Shown piece by piece: positions 40,338-49,571 of a stretch of DNA of 64,000 nt. The stretch is from Candidatus Binatia bacterium. Lineage in GTDB: Bacteria > Desulfobacterota > Binatia > Bin18. The notes beneath the pieces were generated by a model. That model saw only the letters and a program-made list of their open reading frames with translations, had not been told where the DNA came from and searched no databases. Location of the stretch: assembly GCA_963666315.2 (NCBI GenBank), contig CAXXHG010000015.1, positions 160,001 through 224,000 on the forward strand, in the 5' to 3' direction. The translations under genes were made by a program, and so were the position numbers. Numbering within the stretch: position 1 is the first letter of the stretch; every line of letters starts with the position of its first letter.

Positions 40338-41831
40338 CTACCGGCTCAGATAGTCAGGCAGCTTCGCCGCTTTATAGGTCTTGGCTGATTCCAGCTGCTC
40401 TTTGGTCAGCCCCTGGACGTCACTTAAATCGGCTCCGGCCAGGTTCGCCCCTTCCAGGTCAGCTTCGTGTAGATCTGCCCGTTGCAGCAAGATGTCAGTC
40501 ATATCGGCTCCGGTGAGGATAGCATAACGCAGGTTGGCGCCACTCAGATCGGCGCCCTTCAGATTCGCGCCTTCCAACGTCACCCCAGCCAGCGCAGCAT
40601 CCCTCAGATTGGCGCCAGCCAGTCTGACCACTTTGCCTCGCTGGTTTACAATACCCCACACCAGCCGCCATTTCTCATCGAGCTTAGTGTGCTCATCTAT
40701 TACAGCGCCGGACAGCTCGGCCTTTGCAAGGTTGGCTCCAATGAGATCGGCGCCCTTCAAATTCGCTCCGCTGAAGTCAGCGTGCTCCAAATCCGCACCG
40801 TGCAGATCAGCACCTACCAAGATAGCTCCCACCAAATTCGCCTGGAACAGGTCGGCGCTTGCGAGTTTAGCCTGCGTCAAATCAGCTTGAAATAAATTGG
40901 CTAGGTGTAGATCAGCATCTTTGAGATTTGCGCCGGCCAGTAGAGCTCCACGCAGCTTGGCCTGAATGAGATCAGCTTCTTCAAGGTCCGCGCCACGCAA
41001 GTCAGCCCCGACAAGGCCAGCGCCGATTAAGTCCACGCCGACAAGAGTCGCGCCCGCTAGCGTAACGCCTTCGAGCTTCGCTCCGCGCAGATCAGCTCCG
41101 TATAAATTAGCCCCAGCAAGGTTCGCCTCGCTGAGATTCGTCCGATTAAGCTTGGCCCATTGCAGGTTGACCTGTTGCAAATTTACGCCCGGCAGCTCGG
41201 CATCAGACAGGTCGGCATTTTTCAGATCGGCCTCAGATAATTCGGCATTCGTCAAGTTTGCATAACGTAAGCGGGCGCCCGTCAACCGCGTCCCTGTCAG
41301 ATTCGTCCCACGTAAATCTGCTTCGTCGAGATCCGCTTCAGACAAATCACTTCCACGCAAATCTGCTTCACCTAAATCAGCGTGAGCTAAGCGGGCCTTG
41401 CTCAAACTGAGGCCACGCAGATCCAGTCCGTGCAAAGACAAGCCTTGGCATAAGGAGTCCTGACAGGTGGAAAAGAAGCGCCCGGCCCAGCTTTCCAGGA
41501 CACTTGCGTTCGGTGTCCCAGTTTCTCGAATCCGCCATAGGAAATCCGTAAAATGAGGCGCTACTTGGACCTGCATGGTGCGAACGGAATGGAACATCTG
41601 CATCGCAGTTTCGAGCGACCCTTTGTTCCCCGACGCAGCCAGCGAGAAGAACGTCGTCTGTCTGAGCGTTGCAAGATGGACAGCCCGCTCGTAACGCGCC
41701 TGGACAAAGGCATACGTCCCGGTGTATGCCGCAACGAGCAAGAGTATGAGCAAGGCCAAGAAGAGGAGGTTACGGGTAATAATTTTCACGATGTTCGCCC
41801 TACCACATGAGAAACAGAAACCAAGCCGCAC
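40338..41831 (-). CDS. Pentapeptide repeat protein with an N-terminal TM segment
   Basis: Long array of A(D/N)Lxx repeats interrupted by a TKLDEKWRLVW segment. Start is uncertain. Confidence 0.92.
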   Translation of the reverse strand: MRLGFCFSCGRANIVKIITRNLLFLALLILLLVAAYTGTYAFVQARYERAVHLATLRQTTFFSLAASGNKGSLETAMQMFHSVRTMQVQVAPHFTDFLWRIRETGTPNASVLESWAGRFFSTCQDSLCQGLSLHGLDLRGLSLSKARLAHADLGEADLRGSDLSEADLDEADLRGTNLTGTRLTGARLRYANLTNAELSEADLKNADLSDAELPGVNLQQVNLQWAKLNRTNLSEANLAGANLYGADLRGAKLEGVTLAGATLVGVDLIGAGLVGADLRGADLEEADLIQAKLRGALLAGANLKDADLHLANLFQADLTQAKLASADLFQANLVGAILVGADLHGADLEHADFSGANLKGADLIGANLAKAELSGAVIDEHTKLDEKWRLVWGIVNQRGKVVRLAGANLRDAALAGVTLEGANLKGADLSGANLRYAILTGADMTDILLQRADLHEADLEGANLAGADLSDVQGLTKEQLESAKTYKAAKLPDYLSR

Positions 41832-42743
41832 TCAGTTCAGCGAGCCCAAGAAATCGACCGTACGCTCATACGCAGTATCATCAGCATGAAATACGAACGC
41901 ACACAGGTCTGTGACCCCGATATCCTCTAGGCGTTTGACCTCGTCCTGTACCTCACCAGGTTCTCCCACCAGAATCATTTCAACCGGATCCTTTGCTCCG
42001 CTCCGATCCAGCATATTCCGATAGGCAGGCAGCTGGCCGTAAATGGCAAACACCCGTACCGCGACTTCGAGCGCTTTATCTCGGTCATTGGTGATGGCCA
42101 TAGGTACCCCGGCAATGATCCGTGGCGCAGGGGCTCCCGCCTCTTTCGCAGCTGCGCTAATACGCGGCACGACATGTTCTTTCAGCGCTTTATGGCCGGC
42201 CATCCAGGTGACAGTGCCAGTTGCCTCCCGCCCACACAGGTCGAGCATTTTCGGACCGAGCGCAGCAAGCACGAGCGGAACATGGTCAGCGCCTGCTACC
42301 GCGACTTCTATATTGGCCCGGTATTCTTCACCGTTATATTTCGCCGCCTCACCGCGCAGCATCGGTTTCAAAACACGCAGATAATCCCGCATATGTGCCA
42401 TATGGCGTGTATACGACAGGCCATACATCCCCTCGATCACCATCTTATACGAGAGTCCAATACCGAGCGTGAAGCGACCCCGACAGGCGGCTTGCGTGGT
42501 CAGTGCCGCTTGGGCCATCACCGCAGGATGGCGCGGATACGTCGGAACGACGGCAGTCCCGAGTTCAATACGCTGGGTCTCTCGGCCGACTAAAGCCAGA
42601 AGATTAATCGCATCGTGTGAAAAAATTTGCGCCAGCCAGCCGGTATCGAGCCCAACCTCCTCAGCCCGTTGAGCCCGTTGAATCACGTCATCCATGCTGG
42701 GTGACTCACCCGCCCCTTCGCCTATCATCATACCAATACGCAT
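41832..42743 (-). CDS. F420-dependent LLM-class oxidoreductase
   Basis: MRIG, ELGTAVVPTYPRHP, GRFTLGIG and AALGPKML motifs. Confidence 0.85.
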   Translation of the reverse strand: MRIGMMIGEGAGESPSMDDVIQRAQRAEEVGLDTGWLAQIFSHDAINLLALVGRETQRIELGTAVVPTYPRHPAVMAQAALTTQAACRGRFTLGIGLSYKMVIEGMYGLSYTRHMAHMRDYLRVLKPMLRGEAAKYNGEEYRANIEVAVAGADHVPLVLAALGPKMLDLCGREATGTVTWMAGHKALKEHVVPRISAAAKEAGAPAPRIIAGVPMAITNDRDKALEVAVRVFAIYGQLPAYRNMLDRSGAKDPVEMILVGEPGEVQDEVKRLEDIGVTDLCAFVFHADDTAYERTVDFLGSLN

Positions 42744-42843
42744 AACTTTGTCCTTTTTTCGTCGGACCTGACTTTTGACACGTCCACACGAGATATATAG
42801 AGAAAGACGAGAGCCGTCCAATCAGGTCAGAGGAGGAATTCAC

Positions 42844-44097
42844 ATCGCAGAAGCAACGCCAGACCGTTCAAAGCTACTCGAAGGCATCACCGTCCTTGAT
42901 TTTACACATGCCTTAGCTGGGCCAACCTGTACACGCATTTTGAGCGACCTCGGAGCTGAGGTCATTAAGCTTGAGCCAGCCCCGAGTGGTGAATTCGGCC
43001 GGAGTATTTTCCCTGTCAAAGATGGCCTGGGTTCCATGTTTCTTTACACCTGTGCGGGCAAGAAAGGCCTGTGTGTTGATCTCAAGAAACCGGACGGGAT
43101 GAAAATCGCCAAAGGCCTGATTGCCAAGGTAGACGTGGTCGTCGAAAACTTCGCTCCAGGTGTGATGGCCCGTCTCAGCCTCGATTATGAGACTCTGGCC
43201 AAGCTCAATCCCAAAATTATTATGGCTTCGTGCTCAGGCTTCGGACAGACTGGCCCACTCTCCAAGAACACCAGTTACGACATTATCGGCCAGGCCATGA
43301 GTAGCGTCATGCATATGACGGGCGACCCGGATGGCCCACCCCAGTATGTAGACAATTATATTGGCGACACCAACACGGGGGTACATGCTGCTCTGGCGGT
43401 CTGTGGAACCCTTTTCTATCGCGATCGAACCGGCAAAGGCCAGCTGATCGATATCGCCCAGGTTGATTCGCTTTTTTTTATGGCCATGATCAATATCCCG
43501 CTATACGCCCTTACCAACGGTGAACAAAATCCCAAGCGTTTTGGTGCGCACCATTTTGGAATTGCGCCACTGGGTGTGTTCAAAGGCAAAGACGGCTATA
43601 TCGTGCTCCAGGCCGTCGAGCACCAATTCCCACAGCTGGCAAAAGCAATGCAACGCGAAGATCTGCTCACTGACCCGAAGTTTGCCACCAATACCAAACA
43701 GCTAGAAAACCGAGACGAACTGGTAGCGATGATAGAAGCCTGGCTACACACCTTTCCTAGCAATGACGCCGCCCTCGCAGCATTGGCGGAGATACGTATT
43801 CCTTGTGCGCCTATTCTTGATGTCGGGCAGGCATTCAATCATCCCCACATCCGGGCTCGCGGCATGGTCACGGAAGTCGAGCATCCGATATACGGCAAGA
43901 TGCAGATCACCAACACGCCCTTTGTTTTTTCCGAGACTCCGCGCCAAATCGAAGGCCCGGCCCCGCTCATCGGTCAGCATAACGTCGCTATTCTTACAGG
44001 GTATCTGGGTTATTCGGCCCTGGAAATTGCCCGGCTCACTGAGGCCGGCGTATTGGTGGAAGAGGAGAAGGTGAAGGAGTTGCGGGAAAGAGAATAG
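42844..44097 (+). CDS. CaiB/BaiF family III CoA transferase (ATC at the expected start)
   Basis: LEGITVLDF..ALAGP, LGAEVIKLE, DVVVENFAPG and SGFGQTGP motifs. RBS GAGGAGG is followed by ATC at 42844. Confidence 0.85.
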   Translation: MAEATPDRSKLLEGITVLDFTHALAGPTCTRILSDLGAEVIKLEPAPSGEFGRSIFPVKDGLGSMFLYTCAGKKGLCVDLKKPDGMKIAKGLIAKVDVVVENFAPGVMARLSLDYETLAKLNPKIIMASCSGFGQTGPLSKNTSYDIIGQAMSSVMHMTGDPDGPPQYVDNYIGDTNTGVHAALAVCGTLFYRDRTGKGQLIDIAQVDSLFFMAMINIPLYALTNGEQNPKRFGAHHFGIAPLGVFKGKDGYIVLQAVEHQFPQLAKAMQREDLLTDPKFATNTKQLENRDELVAMIEAWLHTFPSNDAALAALAEIRIPCAPILDVGQAFNHPHIRARGMVTEVEHPIYGKMQITNTPFVFSETPRQIEGPAPLIGQHNVAILTGYLGYSALEIARLTEAGVLVEEEKVKELRERE

Positions 44098-44168
44098 TCG
44101 GTGTGGCTTGCCTTCTTTAGAGTGCATCTCGTTTGAGTGCATCCTCTTTGTATATAGGTTATCCTCGT

Positions 44169-44384
44169 GACTGCGGGTCAAGTTAACGCTGTACGCGACT
44201 AGGCCTCTCTTTTTTCCTCGCCCCCAATTTCTGGGGAGCTGGAGAGGATGAAGGTGAGGGGAGCCTGAAGGAAATATTCATCTGAGCGACCCTCACCCGC
44301 GTCCGCCGCCCTCTCCCTAGCAGGGCGAGGAAATGGAACAGCCCGATCCTAGCGTAAAATATCCTTTAACTTGGCACCGATATG
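44169..44384. mobile_element. MITE-like element with IS4-like imperfect TIRs carrying REP-like hairpins
   Basis: Left CGGGTCAAGTTAA and right TTAACTTGGCACCG(ATATG). Internal GGTGAGGG...CCCTCACC and CCCTCTCCC...GGGCGAGG. Confidence 0.55.
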
Positions 44385-44398
44385 GAGAACAGGTTCCG

Positions 44399-44610
44399 TT
44401 ACGAGTCTCGACTTTGACGAATTAGTATGGCGCTGTCACTAAAAGTTCGTCCGGATTGCCTCAGGCCTTCTCGGAATTGTTCGACAGCGTCCCACGCCTC
44501 GTCCCGAGCGAGACGCCGGGTTTGTTGAAGAGAATACCCACCGCCCATGCTCCGCTGCTTGAGCCGTTCTAGAACATTAATCTCTAAGACCCGCGGTATC
44601 CCTGCGTCCT
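44399..44610 (-). pseudogene. FitA-like ribbon-helix-helix antitoxin remnant
   Basis: VLERLKQRS..GYSLQQ...FSDSAILIRQSRD resembles antitoxins ending DSAELIREDR. No valid start and no toxin follows. Confidence 0.5.
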
Positions 44611-44647
44611 TCTCCTTGTTTCCTGCCTTCAGCCACCAACACATTTT

Positions 44648-45525
44648 TCACTCCGCCGTCGGTCCACTTCCTGCGACCGTGGTGCGGTGCATGACTCTGC
44701 GATAGCGGGCTTTGTCCCAAGGGCGACCTCGGTGCAGACAGCAGCGGTTGTCCCAAATCACGAGATCGTTGTCTCTCCATTTGTGGACGTAGGTGTATTG
44801 CGGTTGAGCCACAAAAGCAGTCAGTTCTCTGAGGAGCGTCCGGCCTTCTTCAACTGGCCAACCACGAATATGCGAAGCATGCGCCCCAGCATAGAAATTT
44901 TTGTGACCATTGGCCGGATTGATCCGTACCACGGCGTGCAGCACGGCTGGGGTCTGGCTTTTCTGCGCGTCCGTCATCAAGGTCGGATCAATGAGGCCGC
45001 GTGAGTAGGTGAAGTCATGAATCGAAACGAGCGGCTCGATACGACTGCGCATCTCTTTCGATAGATCAGCATAGGCCGCCCGCTGCGTGCAGAATTCCGT
45101 ATCTCCATCATTGGGAGGGAATTCACGCCCGGATAAGAGCGAGGCCGTGGCGGGAATACGTTTAAACGAGCTGTCGCTATGCCACATCTCATTGCCTGAG
45201 TTGAATTTCATGCGCTTGTCGGTCGGAGGAATGATTGGCTTTGTCTGAGGGTCGATGTTTGAGACGTCGGCAATCTCTGTCCCCGCGCCGACATTCTGCA
45301 CGACGGTTTTCTCCAGGCCACCAAATTTTCCCGACTCCGAGAATCTACGACTAAAACGAATCTGCTGCTCATCGTTGATCTTCTGGTCGTGGAAGATGAG
45401 CATGGAGTACCCGTTGAATAAATCAACGATTGTAGACACGTCCGCGTCGCGCACTCCGACAGCCATATCAACGCCACTTACTTCTGCAACAAAATTCTCC
45501 GTGAGTTCTTAAACGAGACAGCCAT
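44648..45525 (-). pseudogene. TauD/TfdA alpha-ketoglutarate dioxygenase with an N-terminal frameshift
   Basis: MAVSFK, then a 1-nt deletion near 45508, then LTENFVAEVSGVD. WHSDSSF, WDNRCCLHR and RRVMHRTTV motifs. Confidence 0.82.
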
Positions 45526-45551
45526 AACCTTCTCCCCGTGCGTCATTCTCG

Positions 45552-46238
45552 CTATACTCCGTGCTCATAGCGCCAGCCGCTTTTGAGCATCCACAAGCGG
45601 TGACGCGCGCCCGGTTCGTTCACATTCGTAGTTTCGTATCCGGCGTCACCTTGGTAGATGGAGCAATAGCCGTCATCTATTTTTCCAAGCTTGGGAAAAA
45701 AAATATCAGGCTCGCCTGTACGCACATGATCCAGCGCTGAGTTGACGCTGGTAAACGGCGCGAGTTTTGTCAAAGAGACAAACGTCGGGGGTGGCAGCTC
45801 GATCTTTTCAGCCTGCCGCGCAGCAAGTGCATCGTCAGGCCGCATCCACTCGTGGTCATGGATCTCTCCGCCGTCGACCTGAACGGCTTCCTCACTCGCT
45901 GCGGCAACAAAGAACCAGGTAGAAAAGCGCTTCGGCCTGCTCAACGGAGTCGTCCAATGGGAAAAATACAGCAGTTGCTCTTTGGACAGGGTCAAGCCAG
46001 CTTCTTCATACGCCTCTCGGACAGCAGCCTGCCGCGCTGTCGCAAGCATGTCGTCCGGAGCATCGGGCGACTGATCTTCCGGATCAATATGGCCCCCCGG
46101 GAAGACCCAGGCTCCGCCGTGAAAGGCTGTTTTCGAGTTACGGCGTAATAAGAGCACCTCTATGCCGCTGTCTGCATCTCGGAGGAGAATGACCGTGGCA
46201 GAGGGTGCCGCCGGTGGAGGAGTCACATATTCTGGCAT
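45552..46238 (-). CDS. NUDIX hydrolase (NUDT19-like)
   Basis: SATVILLRD, VFPGG, AAVREAYEEAGL and HWTTP...KRFSTWFF motifs. Confidence 0.9.
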   Translation of the reverse strand: MPEYVTPPPAAPSATVILLRDADSGIEVLLLRRNSKTAFHGGAWVFPGGHIDPEDQSPDAPDDMLATARQAAVREAYEEAGLTLSKEQLLYFSHWTTPLSRPKRFSTWFFVAAASEEAVQVDGGEIHDHEWMRPDDALAARQAEKIELPPPTFVSLTKLAPFTSVNSALDHVRTGEPDIFFPKLGKIDDGYCSIYQGDAGYETTNVNEPGARHRLWMLKSGWRYEHGV

Positions 46239-46349
46239 GGACCGAATATATCTCGATTCAGGTGATGGGGATAGATCGCAGTCAGTCGGTCTGCCTCACC
46301 AAACCGTCGCTAAGAAGTGCCAGCATTTGTCAAATAATTAATTGGCAAC

Positions 46350-46389
46350 AAAAGGCCCAGAGTGCCGTTTGACGATCTCTGGGCCTTTT
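46350..46389 (-). terminator. Rho-independent terminator (possibly bidirectional)
   Basis: AAAAGGCCCAGAG...CTCTGGGCCTTTT, about 20 nt after the cupin stop. Confidence 0.75.
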
Positions 46390-46408
46390 ACTCTTTCAGT
46401 CTGTCAAA

Positions 46409-46957
46409 TTATGCCGCTTTCTTTTTGCTAGCCGTCCGCTTGCTGGCAGCGACTCTCTTCTTCGCGGCAGCCCTCTTCTTCGCGGCCGTCCGCTTCTTCG
46501 CGACCGCCTTCTTCTTAGAGGCTTCATGCTCTTGTTGCATGCGACGAATCTCTTCCCAACCAAGATAACCCGTAAACTCGTCTTTCCCAAAGAAGATGAC
46601 CGGACCGTCACACATGAACAGGTATTCTGTATCTTCCAGCGCTTCGGTGGCCCCGTGGACCATACCGTTCGCTTCATGGACATAGTCCCCAGCATTAAAA
46701 GTGCCGCCGCGTACTTTGAGCTTGCCATACAGAATATACGTATGCGCAGAGCTCAGGTGCTTATGCGGAGGTGCTACATAACCCTTCAGCCAGCGGAAGT
46801 GCACCAGCCAACGGCCGCTTTCTTCTCCGGTCCAGAGGACCTTCATAAACGCTCGTTTGGGATCTCCCGGGTTCGGGATCCAATCTTGGTCCGAAGACTG
46901 GGTTATGGTATCCATCAATTCGCTATTGATCGGGCGAATATCTTGCGGTAGTGCCAT
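46409..46957 (-). CDS. ChrR-like cupin with a Lys/Ala-rich histone-like C-terminal tail
   Basis: PPHKHL...GDYVHEANGMVH, with tail KKKAVAKKRTAAKKRAAAKKRVAASKRTASKKKAA. Confidence 0.8.
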   Translation of the reverse strand: MALPQDIRPINSELMDTITQSSDQDWIPNPGDPKRAFMKVLWTGEESGRWLVHFRWLKGYVAPPHKHLSSAHTYILYGKLKVRGGTFNAGDYVHEANGMVHGATEALEDTEYLFMCDGPVIFFGKDEFTGYLGWEEIRRMQQEHEASKKKAVAKKRTAAKKRAAAKKRVAASKRTASKKKAA

Positions 46958-47121
46958 ACTGGCCTCCTTTTGGGGAATTGGCTTTTGCAGCCTGAATACG
47001 CCATTCTACATGCCTGCAACTGCGCTGGGATGCAACGTTTTAATGAATCGAAGCTTTACCCTTTTCCGGTATAGCAACTCCCGATAAAGTAGGTCGATTA
47101 TCACAAGAGGAGACAACCGCA

Positions 47122-47862
47122 ATGAACGAAATTGATTTTAGCGACAAAACGGTTTTGGTTATCGGCGGGTCGAGCGGCATTGGAAACGGCATTGCCCGGC
47201 AGTTTCGCGATCACGGCGCACAGGTTTATGTCTGTTGCACGCGATCGTCGGCCGCAGACTATGTAGACGAGGAAGGGTCGGACGTCACCGGCTTACGCTA
47301 TTTCCAGTGGGACGTATCGAGCGATAGCAGCGTGGAAGCACTGCAGCCACCCTTTGACTCGCTGGACGTCCTCGTCGCGTCACAGGGTATCGTGGCGTAC
47401 AAGCGGGCCGAGTTCCAAATGCCAACGTTTCGACGCGTGCTAGATGTTAATCTGATGAGCGTTATGAGTAGTTGCACCAAGTTCCACGCCATGCTGGCAA
47501 AAATGCACGGCTCGATTATCATGCTCGGCTCTGGGGCCAGCTTTTTTTCCGTGCTGGGTAATCCCGCCTACAGCGCCAGCAAAGGCGCTTTGGTGACATT
47601 AACTAAGACGCTCGCAGAGGCATGGGCTCGGGATGGGATTCGCGTCAACGGCATTGCGCCCGGGCTCACTGCAACTAAAATCACTAAAGTGACCTGGGGA
47701 CATCCTCGCAGATACGAGGATTCGCTCGAATCTATCCCTATGAAGCGCTGGGGAACGCCCGAAGATATGGGCGGCATCGCACTTTTTCTGGCGTCTCCGC
47801 TGTCGTCCTATCTGACAGGCCAAATGCTGATCGCTGATGGCGGAATGAGTCTCGGGCTTTAA
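47122..47862 (+). CDS. Short-chain dehydrogenase/reductase
   Basis: GGSSGIG, YSASK, RVNGIAPG and ADGG motifs. Confidence 0.92.
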   Translation: MNEIDFSDKTVLVIGGSSGIGNGIARQFRDHGAQVYVCCTRSSAADYVDEEGSDVTGLRYFQWDVSSDSSVEALQPPFDSLDVLVASQGIVAYKRAEFQMPTFRRVLDVNLMSVMSSCTKFHAMLAKMHGSIIMLGSGASFFSVLGNPAYSASKGALVTLTKTLAEAWARDGIRVNGIAPGLTATKITKVTWGHPRRYEDSLESIPMKRWGTPEDMGGIALFLASPLSSYLTGQMLIADGGMSLGL

Positions 47863-47868
47863 GAAGCG

Positions 47869-47990
47869 ATCCGAATAACGGTTTCAAGGTGTCATGTTGA
47901 GCGCAGCGAAACATTTCAACTCCACGCCTAGGGGAGAGATTCTTCGCCTCGCTCAGAATGACAGAACCGGACACCTATGGTTATTCGAAT
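47869..47990. repeat. Composite palindromic element (GTCATTCTGAGCG-type repeat pair inside outer inverted repeats)
   Basis: GTCATGTTGAGCGCAGCGAAACAT...ATTCTTCGCCTCGCTCAGAATGAC. Outer arms CGAATAAC/GTTATTCG and AGGTGTC/GACACCT. Confidence 0.7.
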
Positions 47991-48012
47991 AGGCACTAAG
48001 AACAGCCGCTTA

Positions 48013-48693
48013 CTACTCCAGCATCTCGGCACTCCCCCACACAAAATTTAGGGCGGTGGCGCCGTTTGCGCTTGTGACCGTATGCGTACACCCGTTGGGA
48101 CGATAGCTCAGGTTGCCGGTTGGCACAGGTCCGGATTCATCCGCGTTTTCGCCTTCGATTAAGAAGATGAGTTCATCTCCATTATGACGATGCAGCGGTA
48201 AGACCGTGCCCGGCTCAAAACGGGCGAGTGCTACTCGCCGTTCAGCTGCCTTATCTTCCCAAATGTGTTTGAGGCGAATGCCCGGACGCGCGTCGACCCA
48301 CTCCAGCTCGCTTAGCGTAAAGACCTGGGACGGTGGGGCATCGCCACGCTCTGTCGCCGGTTCTATGCCACCCGTCAGGATCGCAATGGCAGTAGCCCCG
48401 GTTTTACTGGAAACGGTATGCACACAGCCGTTTGGTCGATAGCCCATATTACCGGCTGTTATCATACCAAACTCGTCTGACAGGGATCCTTCGATGATGT
48501 AGACCAACTCATCACCAATGTGCTTGTGGAGGGGCATTTGCAGGCCGGGCGCGAGCCGCGTCATAATAGCCAGCCTATTGGTTTCTTCATCAACCCACAG
48601 ATTGCGTGCCTGCACGCCGGGCATTCGTTCCTGCCATTCAAAGTCATTGACGGCAATAAGCCGTGATTGTGAACCATCGTGCGGTGCCGCCAT
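48013..48693 (-). CDS. Tandem ChrR-like cupin protein
   Basis: Two repeats of PLH.H.GDEL...IEG...DE.G...GN..YRPNGC.HTV. RBS GGAGG before ATG 48693. Confidence 0.85.
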   Translation of the reverse strand: MAAPHDGSQSRLIAVNDFEWQERMPGVQARNLWVDEETNRLAIMTRLAPGLQMPLHKHIGDELVYIIEGSLSDEFGMITAGNMGYRPNGCVHTVSSKTGATAIAILTGGIEPATERGDAPPSQVFTLSELEWVDARPGIRLKHIWEDKAAERRVALARFEPGTVLPLHRHNGDELIFLIEGENADESGPVPTGNLSYRPNGCTHTVTSANGATALNFVWGSAEMLE

Positions 48694-48802
48694 ATGCCCT
48701 CCTGTGGCAGAGACACCGGTTCGCCTGAACAGGCGAACCGGTGTACAAGTGGATTTGGTTATGCCCGCGAATTGAGATTTTCTACGACGTGGGAACGGGT
48801 CG

Positions 48803-49492
48803 TCAGGGATTCGGTTGGACCGGCGGCGTGGTCTCACTCATCTTCGAGGTCACTTCCTCATCCGACATACTATACACTACTTCGCCTCCCGGCGGGAACT
48901 GCATCGGCGGGTTATTCAAATCCACCTCGGGGTTTGCGACCTTACCGCCTTGTGATTCGAATGCCGGCGGACTTTTATACGTTTCTAACTCTTCTAGGTT
49001 AATGCCGTTCAGTTTGACCACTTCAGGATCAATCCAGGCTTCGGCATCAATCGCCTTGCCTTCTGAGGTCGCGAATTCGAGCATCATACCTTCGAGCCCG
49101 GCAAAATAGATCGACTTGCAAAAGCCATGATCCAGCGGACCCATGACCCAGTGCCCGTGCGAACGAACACGATCGCGCATGGCCAGCAGGTCCTCTTCGG
49201 TGTCGACATTCATCGCCAAGTGTTGCGCCGTACCGGGCGCCACGAGGCCTGCCGTCCAGCTGGGGTGGGATACGCCCATTTGGGGTTGGATCTCACCGCT
49301 CTCGGGACCTTGGACAAAGGCAATCGACGAACTGTCACCCATCTTCACAAAGCCGTGAAAGGTGTTTTTCACCCCGTGCATCCAATACAGTGCAACCAGC
49401 TCCATACCGACAACTTGTGTAAAAAACTCGATTTGTCCCTTCATATCCTTGGTGCAAATCGCCAGATGATGAACGCCATTTGGTAAGCCCAT
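48803..49492 (-). CDS. VOC/glyoxalase family protein
   Basis: GVHHLAI, QHLAM and DHGFCKSIYFAG.EG..LEF motifs. Confidence 0.88.
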   Translation of the reverse strand: MGLPNGVHHLAICTKDMKGQIEFFTQVVGMELVALYWMHGVKNTFHGFVKMGDSSSIAFVQGPESGEIQPQMGVSHPSWTAGLVAPGTAQHLAMNVDTEEDLLAMRDRVRSHGHWVMGPLDHGFCKSIYFAGLEGMMLEFATSEGKAIDAEAWIDPEVVKLNGINLEELETYKSPPAFESQGGKVANPEVDLNNPPMQFPPGGEVVYSMSDEEVTSKMSETTPPVQPNP

Positions 49493-49571
49493 AGTCTGCC
49501 CTCCCTCTTGGAATAGTGTGATGTCTGCAGCATCCCACTTGAGTTATGATGAGTCAAGCTCAAAATACGTA

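Noticed and set aside
40338-41420. CRISPR-like periodicity
   Set aside because: The 15-nt period is explained by pentapeptide coding repeats; there are no identical repeats with unique spacers.
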